The position numbers and the translations under genes are program-made. A model generated the notes under the pieces. It was not told where the DNA came from, did not search any database, and was given only the letters and a program-made list of their open reading frames with translations. A DNA stretch of 63,990 nucleotides, counting the filler, from Circinaria calcarea (lineage: Eukaryota): NCBI GenBank assembly GCA_051942165.1. It is 3 parts of 3 records of this genome, joined end to end, with 100 filler letters (N's around TTAATTAATTAA, not from the genome) between each part and the next. Parts side by side here need not be neighbours in the genome. Positions count along the whole stretch, not along the records: positions 1 to 23,613 come from JAVECS010000118.1; positions 23,714 to 47,198 come from JAVECS010000119.1; 1 more part is not named here. One strand, written 5' to 3'. Shown here in pieces: positions 15,513 to 27,589 of this stretch (its first letter is position 1; the number at the start of each line of letters is the position of its first letter).

Positions 15513-16689
15513 TGAGTATGCCTGTTCTCAAACTGATGCATTACGTCTTGACATGAAACCGCTTGCGGAACTGCCCACAGTTCTCTAGGCTCCACATGAG
15601 CAGATTGATTGGGATGTTGAGTGAGTTTTGAATCCCCAAGTCTGAGGATGACGAGTTGCCAGGAGGGAGGAGAGAAAGGGTGTTGCAAACCTGCAGAGTG
15701 GGGATAACGCTCTGGATCTCCGCATGAATGCTGAAAAGCAAATGCGGGTCATAGCAGACTCGCCATCCGATAGCAGCACCCCTAAATCTTGACATGATGA
15801 CTCTCTATTGGGCTGGCCGACGCCATGCACACAATTGTGGTTGATCATGTTCGCATCTATGGCTAGCGTATCTCTCGCTTTGGACACCAGCAGCCGCTTC
15901 CAGCACGTCTCCCTTTCGAAGCAGTAGTATGTATCTAGTCTGTAACATCTCTCGTGCACCGGAGATTACTTCATAAATCGGAGATATTACCCTGTCCCTT
16001 GCATATTTAGTCTCCCGCGCAACCGCTAAGCCTACCTTGGTCCTTACCCGCAGCGATAAAGGGGGCATGAGGGGACTATCGTATGTGAAGTCAAGCTGAG
16101 GCAATGTCAATGCAGATAAATCCAAGCTACACTCGCTCGTCAAAACACTTCATATATGCGACCCATTGAGCCTTACCACCACGTGCAACCAACTCCAACA
16201 CGATCTCGACTTGTGTTGCTTGGAATCCTAGGACTCAGTCTATCGTAGTGCCTACTGGAAAGTTGGCATGTAACCAGAAGAGATTGAGAATGGAGCGGGT
16301 AAATTAAACTGCTTCTAGGGCTTCCGGCCCAGTGTCTGCAACAGATAATCGAAACAGCTCAGTGGCTTCTGCTGACTCGAGGGCCAAGGCACGCATGGCG
16401 TCCCTGAAGTGGTAATCAGATACGTGCTACCTAGAGCTCTGGTGTTCTTGTCACTGTGACTAGAAACTTGGACGAAACATATAGAGGGGAATAGACTGAA
16501 CACTTGTAGAGCTTTGCCACCAGAGCAGTAGGGCTATGCCCTGTGTACTTAGCACGAGGCGCAACCCACTTGATAGAGTATAGCGACCCTCCCGTTACAC
16601 GGCTCTATCTAGATACAATACGCGACAATTACCGGGTTACAGGCCAAAGATAGATTGAAGGTCAGGATACTCTTATCAAAACATCCCGG

Positions 16690-18299
16690 CTAAAAGCGGC
16701 CTTTTATACGCTTTGCCGGGGCCTTTCCAGTCTCTAGACACGGTCGTTTTGATGCAACTCTTGTCCTGAGGGTCATATTATGAGCAGATGACGGACTCGT
16801 ACTACTGTGATCGCCATAAACCTGGGTGGGCACTAGATCGTCCCTTAAGGAAGGTGATCTGGCCTGGATGCCCGATGGTTAGCGTGAGATAACGTGTTCA
16901 AAGAAGGTATAAACGCACAATGCGGTCGAGTCTTTCACTCATCAAAACATCCGAGGCAGTCTGCAGCGGGTTTGATGGCGCGAATCTGGGGGTTGGTTTC
17001 GTGCACTGGATGAGTTGGGGTATCTGAGGTATCAGGTGGTCCTCGTGACCCTCTTCCTCTACATCCAAAAGAACTGGGAGATAATTCACTTTCAGTCCAA
17101 CACTAGCCAATTTAGTAAAAGCACAATCATGCCCTTAGGGGTCGTCTACCTATGGAATCCTGCATCCATTTGCCCAAGCCTTTGTTCTTTCATCTTCCAG
17201 AGTTCATCGTTAGGGACGAACGTTACATTGTCCTTACTCGTGCTGAAACCTGGCGGGTTGTAGTATTTGGGAGCGTCATTAGTGTAGCAAAGATGAACTG
17301 TAAGGAAGCGGATATCTGTAGGCATTCATTATAAAAACCCCTGCCTCGAGTATGATTTTCCAACCGCTATGCTTACCGGGCAAATCAGGAAGCTGAAGAC
17401 TGAGCTCCATCAAGTGTTGAGATATCAACCAGAGGCCACTTCGTGCGCTCCTGATTGTCACCGCCTCACCACGAGGTCTGGAGAACGTTGTGCCTTTCAG
17501 GTGCTTCATTGCAGTACTGGGATCGATCCGGTACTCAAAGGAGAACGTGTAGGATTCTATAACGTTGGACGGATTGTCCTTGTCGAGGCTGACACTTAGC
17601 TGAACAGCAGCTAGTTTATTCCTTAGTAGAACTTGAGACACTGCGTCCTATAGAAAAAATGATAAGCTTATTGCAGGCCACCTTCTGCAGTAACCACTAC
17701 CCTTACCAACAGACTCAAAAGCTTATCGGATGCTGCTGATTTTCCTCGAGAAATCACATGCATTTTCCAAGCTCTCAATCTTGTACAAGACTCATCTGAC
17801 CTCTCGTCGGATAGGCTATTTACGTAGCTCCGTGGTGGCACGCTGCCCTCAGAGAAAGTCCTATACAACCGTCGAGCGTCCGCACAAATCAAGGTATAGT
17901 CACGATTCTCGAAACATTCGGGAGGTAGCAAATTCCTGTGGCTGGATTAGCTTGGAACGAACTCCATTCAGCAAGGCCATACCTTAGATAACAGATCGAG
18001 GCAAACTGATGGCGGTGGGAAAGGATTAACTCAACCAGCCACTTTCAGTTCATTGCATGCCATCTTACCGAAGCATGCAGGAGTACCTGGACCATTTCAA
18101 AGCTCTGCTGCTGACCGATGATCTGGTCTTGGACAGTGCTTTGTACCTCGCTGAGTTTTGGCACTGGTAGTGACTGGATTGAAGCAGTGTCTTGAACTTG
18201 GCCGATTTGAGCCTCAAGTGTCGGAGGCAAAACCTGCTTCAACGAGGTACGTTGGGCCTGTAACTCTTTTTGACGTTGTTTTTGGCCCTGGCCCTTCAT
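16690..18299 (-). CDS. HOP1: Meiotic HORMA-domain protein Hop1-like, 7 exons (18299-18069, 18005-17983, 17935-17707, 17647-17377, 17315-17150, 17102-16919, 16863-16690), ~425 aa
   Basis: 'QQQSFEMVQVLLHASFASICYLRNLLPPECF', 'NVIESYTFSFEY', 'RFLTVHLCYTNDAPKYYNPPGF', 'MDAGFHSVGLKV'. All introns are GT..AG and the exons sum to 1278 nt. Confidence 0.88.
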
Positions 18300-19867
18300 C
18301 TTGAGACAAGCATATATGAAGGTTATGATACCAAGACCGGATGGACGGGGCGAAAGTGGATATGGAAGGACCAAATCTCAAGAGACTGACGATACCTCAC
18401 TTCGAATGCAGATTCTCGATGAAAACGAGGTGGGATGGACTGCAGGCTATGAATGGAAGAGATCGGCAAGTTTTCACGTTCACGTGACATTGTCAATTGT
18501 GTTCTAGTAGCTCACGGATGTACTGAAAATGAAAGCAAGCTGCCCTGGCCTCGATTGTTTGGAGATACTGGACAGAGTTTTCGTGATGGTTCGGACCATG
18601 TTCTCCACATGGCCTTGCAGCGCGGTACCTTAGCAGTGACCATGAGGTAGTGTTGGATAAGAAAGCTCTGGGAAACGGTATGTGAGCGGAGTCATAGTAT
18701 TAGAAAGCAGGACTTGTCGGTTTTATTCATACTTTAAATCTTTTGACGTATGGAAGATTTATTTCGGAAACCAAGCCCTAGAAGAAGTTGCTTAACCGTC
18801 GAGTAAGCTGACGAGGATAGGGACAAGCATCCAGCTAATGACTTTGATCATATTTCGAGGTAAGTCTGTTCTTGGCCCAGATTACGGATTGGGAGATACA
18901 CACACTCACCCTGTGGTAGAGCCACTGCCAATGGATTAAGACGGGGTGCAAGCAACCTAAATCGCAGACACCAAGAAGAACTGAACCCTCCTTATATCAG
19001 GCTATTTCTTTACTCTAATTACCCTTAAACCTAAAGGTAGAGAGTCTTGCTCTATCCCACCCAAATAACATGTACCGTCTAGTAGTCACAACGTGAGCAA
19101 TATACAGTCACCCCAGTGCATGAACGGCAGCAATTCCCATGCATGAATTCTTTGAGGAGTTTTCAGGGACTAGCTGACCGTCTAGATATTGTGACGCTTT
19201 AGCTGTCCGAAAACTTGAGTGACAGATGGCAAAGAGAGTTGTTTCCGACACCCAAAGCGAGTGACGCTGGTCAAAAGATAAAAGAGTTCAATGTTGAATA
19301 GTGTAGACAGTTTGGAGTCGGACGTCTTGCGCAGTGCTTAACACGTAGTTTGTAGTGTGTATAGTTCTTGCGGGGTGGCGCTGAACAGTGAAGGATCAAA
19401 CTTTGACACCGGAGAGGGACCGAATGAGGCTGATTTTTAGTGTGCCGAGCATGTCAGCTCATCAATCTGTCACCCCTCCATTCTGGACACATTCTTCTCA
19501 TCCGGCTGCCCTTCGCCCTTAAATCGGAGAGAGAAAGGGACGCGTTGTAACTCTACGAAGCCCTCACAACTCCCGCGAGCTTGGTGATATGCTATAAGCT
19601 GGAAAACCCCCGTCGATTGCGCCTGTTCTAACACGCCTCTGATCACGACCTCTGACCCGCGGAACAGGCGATCCGCATCGCTGGCCTCTATCGTATATCT
19701 TCGGAGTACATGTTCACGCAGCGAGGGCTGTGATAGCACCGATATGAGCAGACAGGGCCAGCATCTTTTACCTCTTGAATACTAATTCCCTCTGGGAACG
19801 CGCTTGACCTCGTGTTACACTCGTGTCAACCTCGGAGATATATCTCTGGCCAGCTACCAAGATCAAC

Positions 19868-22800
19868 ATGGAACCACTAGCTGACTCCTTTGTGGAGATA
19901 CCTACCCCGCTGGCTGCAGCGGGGACGGACGACCTCATCTCGTTCACTTCGATGTTGTCGTCCGAATCCAGCCTCCCTTCGGATCTTACCATGCTCGAAG
20001 ACCGCCCGGGGGATCAGCCCTCAGCAATCCATAGCAGCAAGCAACCCAGCGTACATCCTGTTGCGCATAATATGTTCGGACAGTTTTCTTTCGCCCCAGC
20101 GACAAAGACAACTGTGGTAACGACTACGACGACCACGACCATGAACTTTCCACCCCTCCTCATGAAGGCCCCCCTCCATTTGCACGAACTAGACTCGAAA
20201 CTCTATCCTTTGGCAGCTTCTCCAACACCACAGTCCATGAAAAGACTCTATATGAATATGGGAGGCAAGCCGACTATTTTCCGAGAAGCAGACGATGCAG
20301 CAATTGCTCAACACACGGTAAGTGTATTTCACATTGCCCTCATCCAAAATGCTACAAGGGCTTAGCTGATTCTAGACGCGACTATAGTTTCAAAAGCGAC
20401 AGGCGGCTTTACAGCGATCTAATGGCGTCCTCCACCAGGTCTCTAAATTCCCCACCAGTTATGAGACTCCGAAAGCAGGCTCCTTTAGGTCGTTTTCCCC
20501 AAGCCGTGTCAACCAATCTCCCACGCACGGTCCTCGTACTAGGTCTGGGGGGCGATCAAGCTTCTCGAGTTCACTTACTGAGGCTGCGGAGATGGGATCT
20601 GGTCAAGAGCTTAGCACAAAGGGGTCTTCTCTAGCTGGAGGAGAGAATACAAAAGCTAGGCCGTCTAAGTCTTCTAGACTTAATAACATAGCAGTCTACC
20701 AGTCTTCGACCCCCATAACTCCATCATTGGGCAATGTCAGTAGAAACGACGAATCAGACAGTTCTGTACACCATTGTCAGCATAAGCAAGGCCATCAGCA
20801 ATTCCCACAATTAACATCGACTTTGGAATCTGCTAATAGACATACTTCTCAACCACTCAGCCCTCACCCGGAAAGAGGTAACAATGTGTCTTTTATCAGA
20901 GATGATGGGTTGCTTAGCGTTCACGATTTGGAGCCGCTCGAAACCCCGACAGCCATACAATCACGCACTCCTACTATCGCAGCAAGTATTGTACGGCCGA
21001 GTGTTAGGACCGGGCATGGAGATGGGTACGCGGATCCACCTTCTCGCCCCCGACCAGCCGTACTAGACACCACAGCGGCTCAGGACATGAGTCTACCAAG
21101 TCCGAGTCTGTCACCAGTGACAGCAGCAGCGAATCTTCAAAACCGAAGAAGCTATTTTGAAGACATCGCTTCCACGACGCAAAACAGAAATCTTGCGTTC
21201 AACTCTTCCCCTCCTGACAGTCAAGAAAAGGCCCTTGATGTTAACACCGACGTTGATTCTGGTATCCGGACTCAAGCATTAGCAATACCAGATTCCCAGA
21301 TGCTCGACGAGGCTGAAGCAGGCGACCCAAGTCTAGCAACCCCAACCTTAATGGCCATACCGACGATATTAGATTCTTTCGAGGCGATGCCAGCTGAGAT
21401 GAAATCTTACGTGATGTACCAACTCTTGCGACGATGTCCCAAACCGGTTCTACAATTTGTTGCGGATGTTGTGAATCCTGCACTCAAATGTGATTTCCTT
21501 AGCTTACTTCCAGTCGAGCTATCTCAAAACGTAATCGGGTATCTGGATGCAAGATCACTTTGTCGAGCAGCCCAGGTCTCTCGCAAGTGGCGGCAAGTCA
21601 TCGATTCGGACGAGAAAACATGGAAGAGACTTCTTGATGCGGACGGATTTCACGTACCCCAAGGAGAGCTGCAGCAAGCAATCTTGGAAGGATGGGGCTG
21701 GCAACCTGCTCTAGGGACAGATGATTTCGAGCGAGACATTAGCCAAACAGGTATCAACAAGAACGACACCCAATGTCCCGCACTTTGTCCAGGAAATGTA
21801 TCAACATCTCCTGGCATAAACACACAACCGCAGCCAACACCAAGCAGACGAAGTAAGAGGAAGGCAGCTCCAAGATCTAAGCCCACGAGCCGAAAGCAAC
21901 AGAAGCGAAAAGCATCTAACCCTAGTACCGATGCTCAGTTCGACTGCGAGGCAATGATGAGGCATGTGTCTGCCGCAGACGGGCCATATGCCGCAGCCAA
22001 CGCTGCTGCAATTGCTGTCCCATCCCCTAAAATTGGCTTGTTCAGTTTGCAGAACCTACACCTTTACAAGGCTCTCTATCGGAGACATTACTTAATACGC
22101 AAAAGCTGGATGCAAGATGAGGTTAGGCCCAGACACATCGCCTTCAAAGCACATGGCCGACATGTTGTCACATGTCTTCAATTTGATACTGACAAGATAC
22201 TGACTGGTAGCGATGATACAAATATCAATGTGTATGATACTCGCACGGGCGCACTCCGAGCGAGATTAGAGGGACATGAGGGCGGTGTTTGGGCTCTTCA
22301 GTACGAAGGCAACGTACTCGTCTCTGGGTCTACTGACCGGTCTGTCCGGGTATGGGACATTGAAAAGGGAATATGTACACAGGTATTCCAGGGCCACACG
22401 TCAACAGTAAGGTGTCTGCAAATCCTCATGCCTACTGTTGTTGGCAAGACTTTGGACGGTAAGGCCATAATGATGCCCAAGCAACCGTTGATTATTACCG
22501 GTTCCCGAGATTCCAATCTTCGCGTTTGGAAGCTACCAAAACCGGGTGATCCACCTTATACTCAAATAGGAGTACCTCAAGATGATACGGAATGTCCGTA
22601 TTTTGTTCGCGCACTTACTGGACATCATCATTCAGTGCGGGCGATCGCAGCTCATGCCGACACGCTCGTCAGCGGTAGCTACGATTTCACTGTTCGAGTT
22701 TGGAAAATCTCAACTGGTGAGACGGTGCACCGCCTCCAAGGGCATTCTCAGAAGGTTTATAGCGTTGTACTTGATCATCAGCGTAACCGTTGCATTAGTG

Positions 22801-23385
22801 GCTCGATGGACAACCTTGTCAAAGTCTGGTCTCTCGATACCGGTTCTGTGTTATATAACCTAGAGGGCCATTCATCTCTAGTCGGTCTCTTGGACTTGCA
22901 GCAAAACCGTTTAGTCTCGGCTGCTGCTGATTCTACATTACGCATCTGGGATCCGGAGAGCGGACACTGCAAGAACACACTGAGTGCGCATGCCAGTGCC
23001 ATCACTTGCTTCCAGCATGACGGCCAGAAAGTCGTGTCAGGCTCCGATCGGACACTGAAAATGTGGAATGTCAATACTGGGGAGTTTGTTAAGGATTTGT
23101 TAATAGATCTCAGCGGAGTCTGGCAAGTCAAATTTGATGGACGGAGATGTGTTGCTGCCGTGCAACGAAATAACTATACATACATAGAGGTAAGCCGTTA
23201 ACAGCCGGCCTGGAATATAAACGCTAACGTGTTTTCAGGTACTTGATTTCGGTGCCTCTCGAGACGGCGTTCCAGAATCTAAGCGCGGCAAACGTGTTGT
23301 CGTCGACACGGATGGCCTCGAGACTTTTGACGTACACGACGCTCGAGAAAACACAATTGACTTAGACGGTACCGCGGACGAATAA
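19868..23385 (+). CDS. CDC4: F-box/WD40 SCF substrate adaptor Cdc4, 3 exons (19868-20317, 20388-23189, 23239-23385)
   Basis: F-box 'DFLSLLPVELSQNVIGYLDARSLCRAAQVSRKW' plus WD40 repeats ('GHEGGVWALQY', 'GHTSTVRCL', 'GHSSLVGLL'). Confidence 0.95.
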
Positions 23386-23613
23386 CGATCCAGCCAAGAA
23401 ATTGTATCGTTTATTGCATGTTGCCCGTTGATAAGTTAATCTCACTCCACCCAATTCAGAGCTCTGGCTGCTCCTCATGTTCCTGGGCTAGCATACGCCG
23501 TTCATATTCCTAATGATATTAGCATGATACCCAACATGATAATGCCTGCATAACCAAACGGATAGGCTGATCAGCATAGCGACAACGGCGTTCATCTATT
23601 CTAATAACATCTT

Positions 23614-23713
23614 NNNNNNNNNNNNNNNNNNNNNNNNNNNNNNNNNNNNNNNNNNNNTTAATTAATTAANNNNNNNNNNNNNNNNNNNNNNNNNNNNNNN
23701 NNNNNNNNNNNNN
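23614..23713. other. Assembly gap with artificial six-frame-stop linker
   Basis: N44 + TTAATTAATTAA + N44, exactly 100 nt. Confidence 0.97.
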
Positions 23714-23999
23714 CTCCCTTTTTTCCCCCCGCCTTCCCACTCCTTTCGGACTTGGAAATTTTGTCCCCCTTTCGCGCCCCATTGATTGATTGCACCAGCC
23801 GTTGTTTGCGAAACTATTCCTCCGAGCCTGGGCCTCAGCCTCCGGAGTTCCGGGGGGCAGGTTAGGTAGGTAGATAGGGGGTTCGGGGCTATTCGTTTTT
23901 CTCTGTTTCTTTTTGTCGCGACTCGTGGTTTTTCCCCCCCACTGCGCGATTTTGGCAGGCATGCATGCCATGCATGCGGATGGTAAGTTCTAGTTTTGC

Positions 24000-26570
24000 C
24001 GGCTCTACCCCCGATCCGTGGAATAGGGGGATTGTGGGTGGGGGGCTCCGTTGGTGGTTTTTTCTTCTTGGCCCTTTTTTTCATTCTGGTTCGCTCGAAT
24101 CCGTGTGGCGGGGTACTGGGTCGATTTGGCTGTTTTTCTCAAATCGGTCTGCTTGAAGGAACTTGCTGTTGTTTTTGCTGCAATTCGGGGGCTCTGTGTG
24201 CTTTCAATCTGCTTCGAGGAGGTCGTTGGTCTGTTGTTAGGGTTAGTCAATTATTCTTAGATGGCCGTTAGGTCCCGTCTAAGGGGGGGGAAATATGGAC
24301 TCTCCTGTGACTGTGGTGGAACTGAGTGTTGCGGAGGGTTATAGGATGTTCTCTGTAGTAACGGTGGGAATGGGCCACTGCCCGTAGATCATAACTCGTT
24401 CCTTCGGCTTTTTATTGACCATATGGTTTAACATGTAACCGGCGATCCAACAGAGCTTGGGACTCTTCAAGCCGAGCTAGAGGGGCCAAGCTGTACCTGT
24501 CGCGGTACACAGGCGCACCTCTATCTGCCTTGGTTTTTGTAAAGAAAAACGTCAGACCCCGATCATTGTTCTTCTAGTACCAGCGGTTGATATTCTTTGA
24601 CTAATGTTCCTTACTTCACCCGGTTGGTTAAGGTTTCCAGCCCGAGGTGGGCGGACATGTGGCTGAGTCGTCTATGCTTGTTCTGATCCATTCGGCAGGG
24701 AATCGTGGGCCTTTGAAAGATTAACTTCTTGGCGCCGACGCCTGTGGGTCGCTGTTTAGAACGTCGGTGGGTTGAGATATGGTCACTTATTCTCCGCATC
24801 GAGTTCCTCCTTTAGAAGTAGGGCGGGAAGTTTTTTTCATCCGGATCGTTGTCAAATTTGGTGCTGCCAAGCTTGACAGGACTCGTTCCAACACAGAGGC
24901 GGTCTGACTTCCGCGAATGTGCAGTGATTCCTTGCATAGCTTGCCTCGGTTTGTGTGAGAGAGAGAACCGGTAGCTACGAAGCCGAAATTTATCTAAACG
25001 AGTCGCCCTGTGTTCTCTATGGTATTGTTGGAATGTGTGCAAGAATAGCAGAGAGGGATTGTATGAATAATCCATCTAATCCTGATATTTGGTTCCTGTG
25101 AGGTTCTCTTTGGGAAATACCGTATGGGTGCAGATGTTTCATCGTTGTTTGATATTGTTTTCAAGTGCTCAAATCAGCTCACCCTCGCTAGTTTTATTCA
25201 TTCAATTGGAATGCCTTTAAACCGCACTGCTTTCCAAAGATTTCGGACAGTTCTTCTATCTTGGTCGAACGCCCCCGGAAAGTTTGGTCTTTATTGCCCT
25301 TCCGATATTATATTTAGCAAACCCCAGGTGTACTCGATTGGTTTGAGAGCCTTGAGCATCTTCGGCTGTTAACTATGGTTGTGTTGGCGTGCTTATGGGT
25401 AGTTAGCTAATGTACGCTGTGATGATCTCATCTGTAATCTATTATGTAAGTTGTAGAGATCGAATATCATTTTCTCGGATGTTGACACCAGTATACTCGA
25501 TGGTGAAACATGCTTGAGAAGAGTTTTGTAGGTAGGAAAGTAACTTTTCTACCAAAATGTCGGCGGAGTGTGTAACAGGCGTGTTTCCTGGACATATATC
25601 CATCGACTACTCCGTTTCTTGCATAATAGAAACGTAGCGATTGGACCTAAATCCATCGATTGTTTCATGTCTTGCATGATGGAAGAAATGGTGGCTAGAC
25701 CTAAGTTTATAATAATTTCCGTGTCTTGCACAATAGGGGCATTCGGAATGATCATCAACATTGGTGCAAGAGTGTTGAAATACCAGTAAAAATCGCCGAG
25801 CGGGTTTCGAGAAATTTGCAAGGGAGATAAAGTGCTAAAGTCGGCGTGGTAGCTGGAACTTTACCGTTGACAGATAAGGAGAGATAGCATTCCATTCGTT
25901 CGCCGCACAAATCCTGCCATACCAGGTATTCTTCTCTAGGAGGACGCGGTAACAGAGGGGAGTAAAGGAAACACAGTCTTCTAATCTATGTCTCATTTCT
26001 ATTATTCCTAGAAGATAGTGTTTATTGTTTGGAGGTTCGTCCGGCGCGATGATGAGCTTCTGGTAGATTGATTTATTGCAATCAAGAGATCCTACTCCAC
26101 AACGGGCTCTCCTGGCGGTCCTGGCGGTCCTGTTAGAGAGGGTCCTGGTAGAGGCGGTGCTGGTAGATGCAGGTACATGGTAGATCTAGAGGACCTAGAA
26201 GTATCTTCAAAGAATATAGCCGCTGTAATGACTACGGAGTTTCGAGGCACCATATGATATGCAAATACCACTTCCCCTAGCCCGATATTCGGCATAGCCG
26301 GCCAGATTTGATCTTTTGAAGCGGCAATCTTCTCAGATCTGTCTTCGGTAAAGTTTATGCTCATAACACAGGATCTTTTTCGATTTCTCGACGAACGCGA
26401 CTAGAAATTTTCCTGACTCGGGGCTCCTTTCTTTATACGCCCGGTTTAGATAGCAACTCCGGAGTGAACATAAGCCACTGAGTAATCCCTTCTCTAAATT
26501 ATTAGAAGAGTTGGGCAAATGAGTAAATATACGGCCCAATTTTTTCATGAAAGTGATGACTCCCACTAAG
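24000..26570 (-). pseudogene. Decayed SNF2-family helicase/ATPase gene
   Basis: Eroded motifs in the correct order: 'LGEVVFAYHMVPRNSVVITAAIF' (motif I-like, ~26.25 kb); 'IFDLYNLHNRLQMRSSQRTLA' (motif II-like, ~25.43 kb); '*LTA..ML...WGLLNII' (motif III-like, 25375-25310); 'SPKLCWIAGYMLNHMVNKKPKERVMIYGQWP' (start of HelicC, 24464-24372). Many stops and frameshifts. Confidence 0.55.
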
Positions 26571-26941
26571 CTTATATGCAGTAAGTAGTCCAGATACGAC
26601 AGCTACCCCAGTAAAGGACAAGACAGGTTTAATATACTTTTCCCATTAAAACATACCACCCTTAAGCCAAAAAGGGCAAGGTGCCACATCGCGTCACCAC
26701 AAGAAAACTTCTCCTCCTTGCGCAAATTAGCTTATCCTTGAATTCCGGCGGCTTAAGAAGGGTGGGTTGTCTTTTCTTCGATAATATACATGCCCCGGAG
26801 TTTATTCGCAGGTCGAGTCTAGGTACTGATAGTCAAGGCCTTTGTTTTAGGCTTGAAGAGTCTATTAGAGTCCGCTCCAGGTCGTGGGTCCAATGTATTA
26901 AATCCAATGCATGGGCGGTTGATGGCCTTTTACGGCTAGCA

Positions 26942-27455
26942 TCAGTTGCTAGTTATCATAACTATTTCCCCGGTCATCATCCGGCGTAATAGAGTAATTA
27001 GATGCATGTCTTTTTGTTGAAGGGTTACACGCTTTGCGTGTATAGCGCATAGATTTGCCACTGCAATATTCAATTAATATATTAAGTGAAATAATTTACT
27101 TAGAATACTAACTGGAAAAATCGTTTACCAAGAAGCTTTCTGTAGCTTCTTGTATTGCTTCCATCGCTGATGACTGAAATCGTAGATCTGACCGACAACA
27201 CAGCTTTAAGTGAGGATTCTGAATAAGTCTAGTGAAAAGGCCGACTGGAAGCTCTTCCTGACTTTGCTTTCTCCCTCCTTCGGACACTCCTTTACGCTTC
27301 TTATACTCTTTTTTCTTTGCTGCTATTTAACCTAGCAGGGCGACGATTCGAGCACGTAGCGTCTAGTCAATCGTACAAATGAGAGAATGCGTGCAATAAG
27401 AGGAGTAGTCCTTGGCTAAGGAAGAGGAAAGCCGTAGGTTTACTCCCTTTGGCAT
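26942..27455 (-). CDS. Divergent histone H3-like protein (histone-fold core open; N-terminus uncertain, possibly a pseudogene)
   Basis: Spliced translation 'ELPVGLFTRLIQNPHLKLCCRSDLRFQSSAMEAIQEATESFLVNDFS|MANLCAIHAKRVTLQQKDMHLITLLRRMMTGEIVMITSN*'. GTTAGT..CAG intron at 27112-27061. Candidate ATG at 27455 not confirmed. Confidence 0.85.
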
Positions 27456-27589
27456 TTCGATATGCAGTTGTTCAGCAGAGCTCTCTTCGGTAGAGTCAGA
27501 AATGGTACTGGTTATATATACACCTTGATAAATCAACGATGTTTCTTGACTCCCTTCAATGAAGTTGAACAGATCCTAAGTCTTCGCTT

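Noticed and set aside
23658..23669. TTAATTAATTAA as a piggyBac TTAA site or a biological palindrome
   Set aside because: It is centred in N runs and repeated identically at 47243-47254, so it is an artificial six-frame stop linker.
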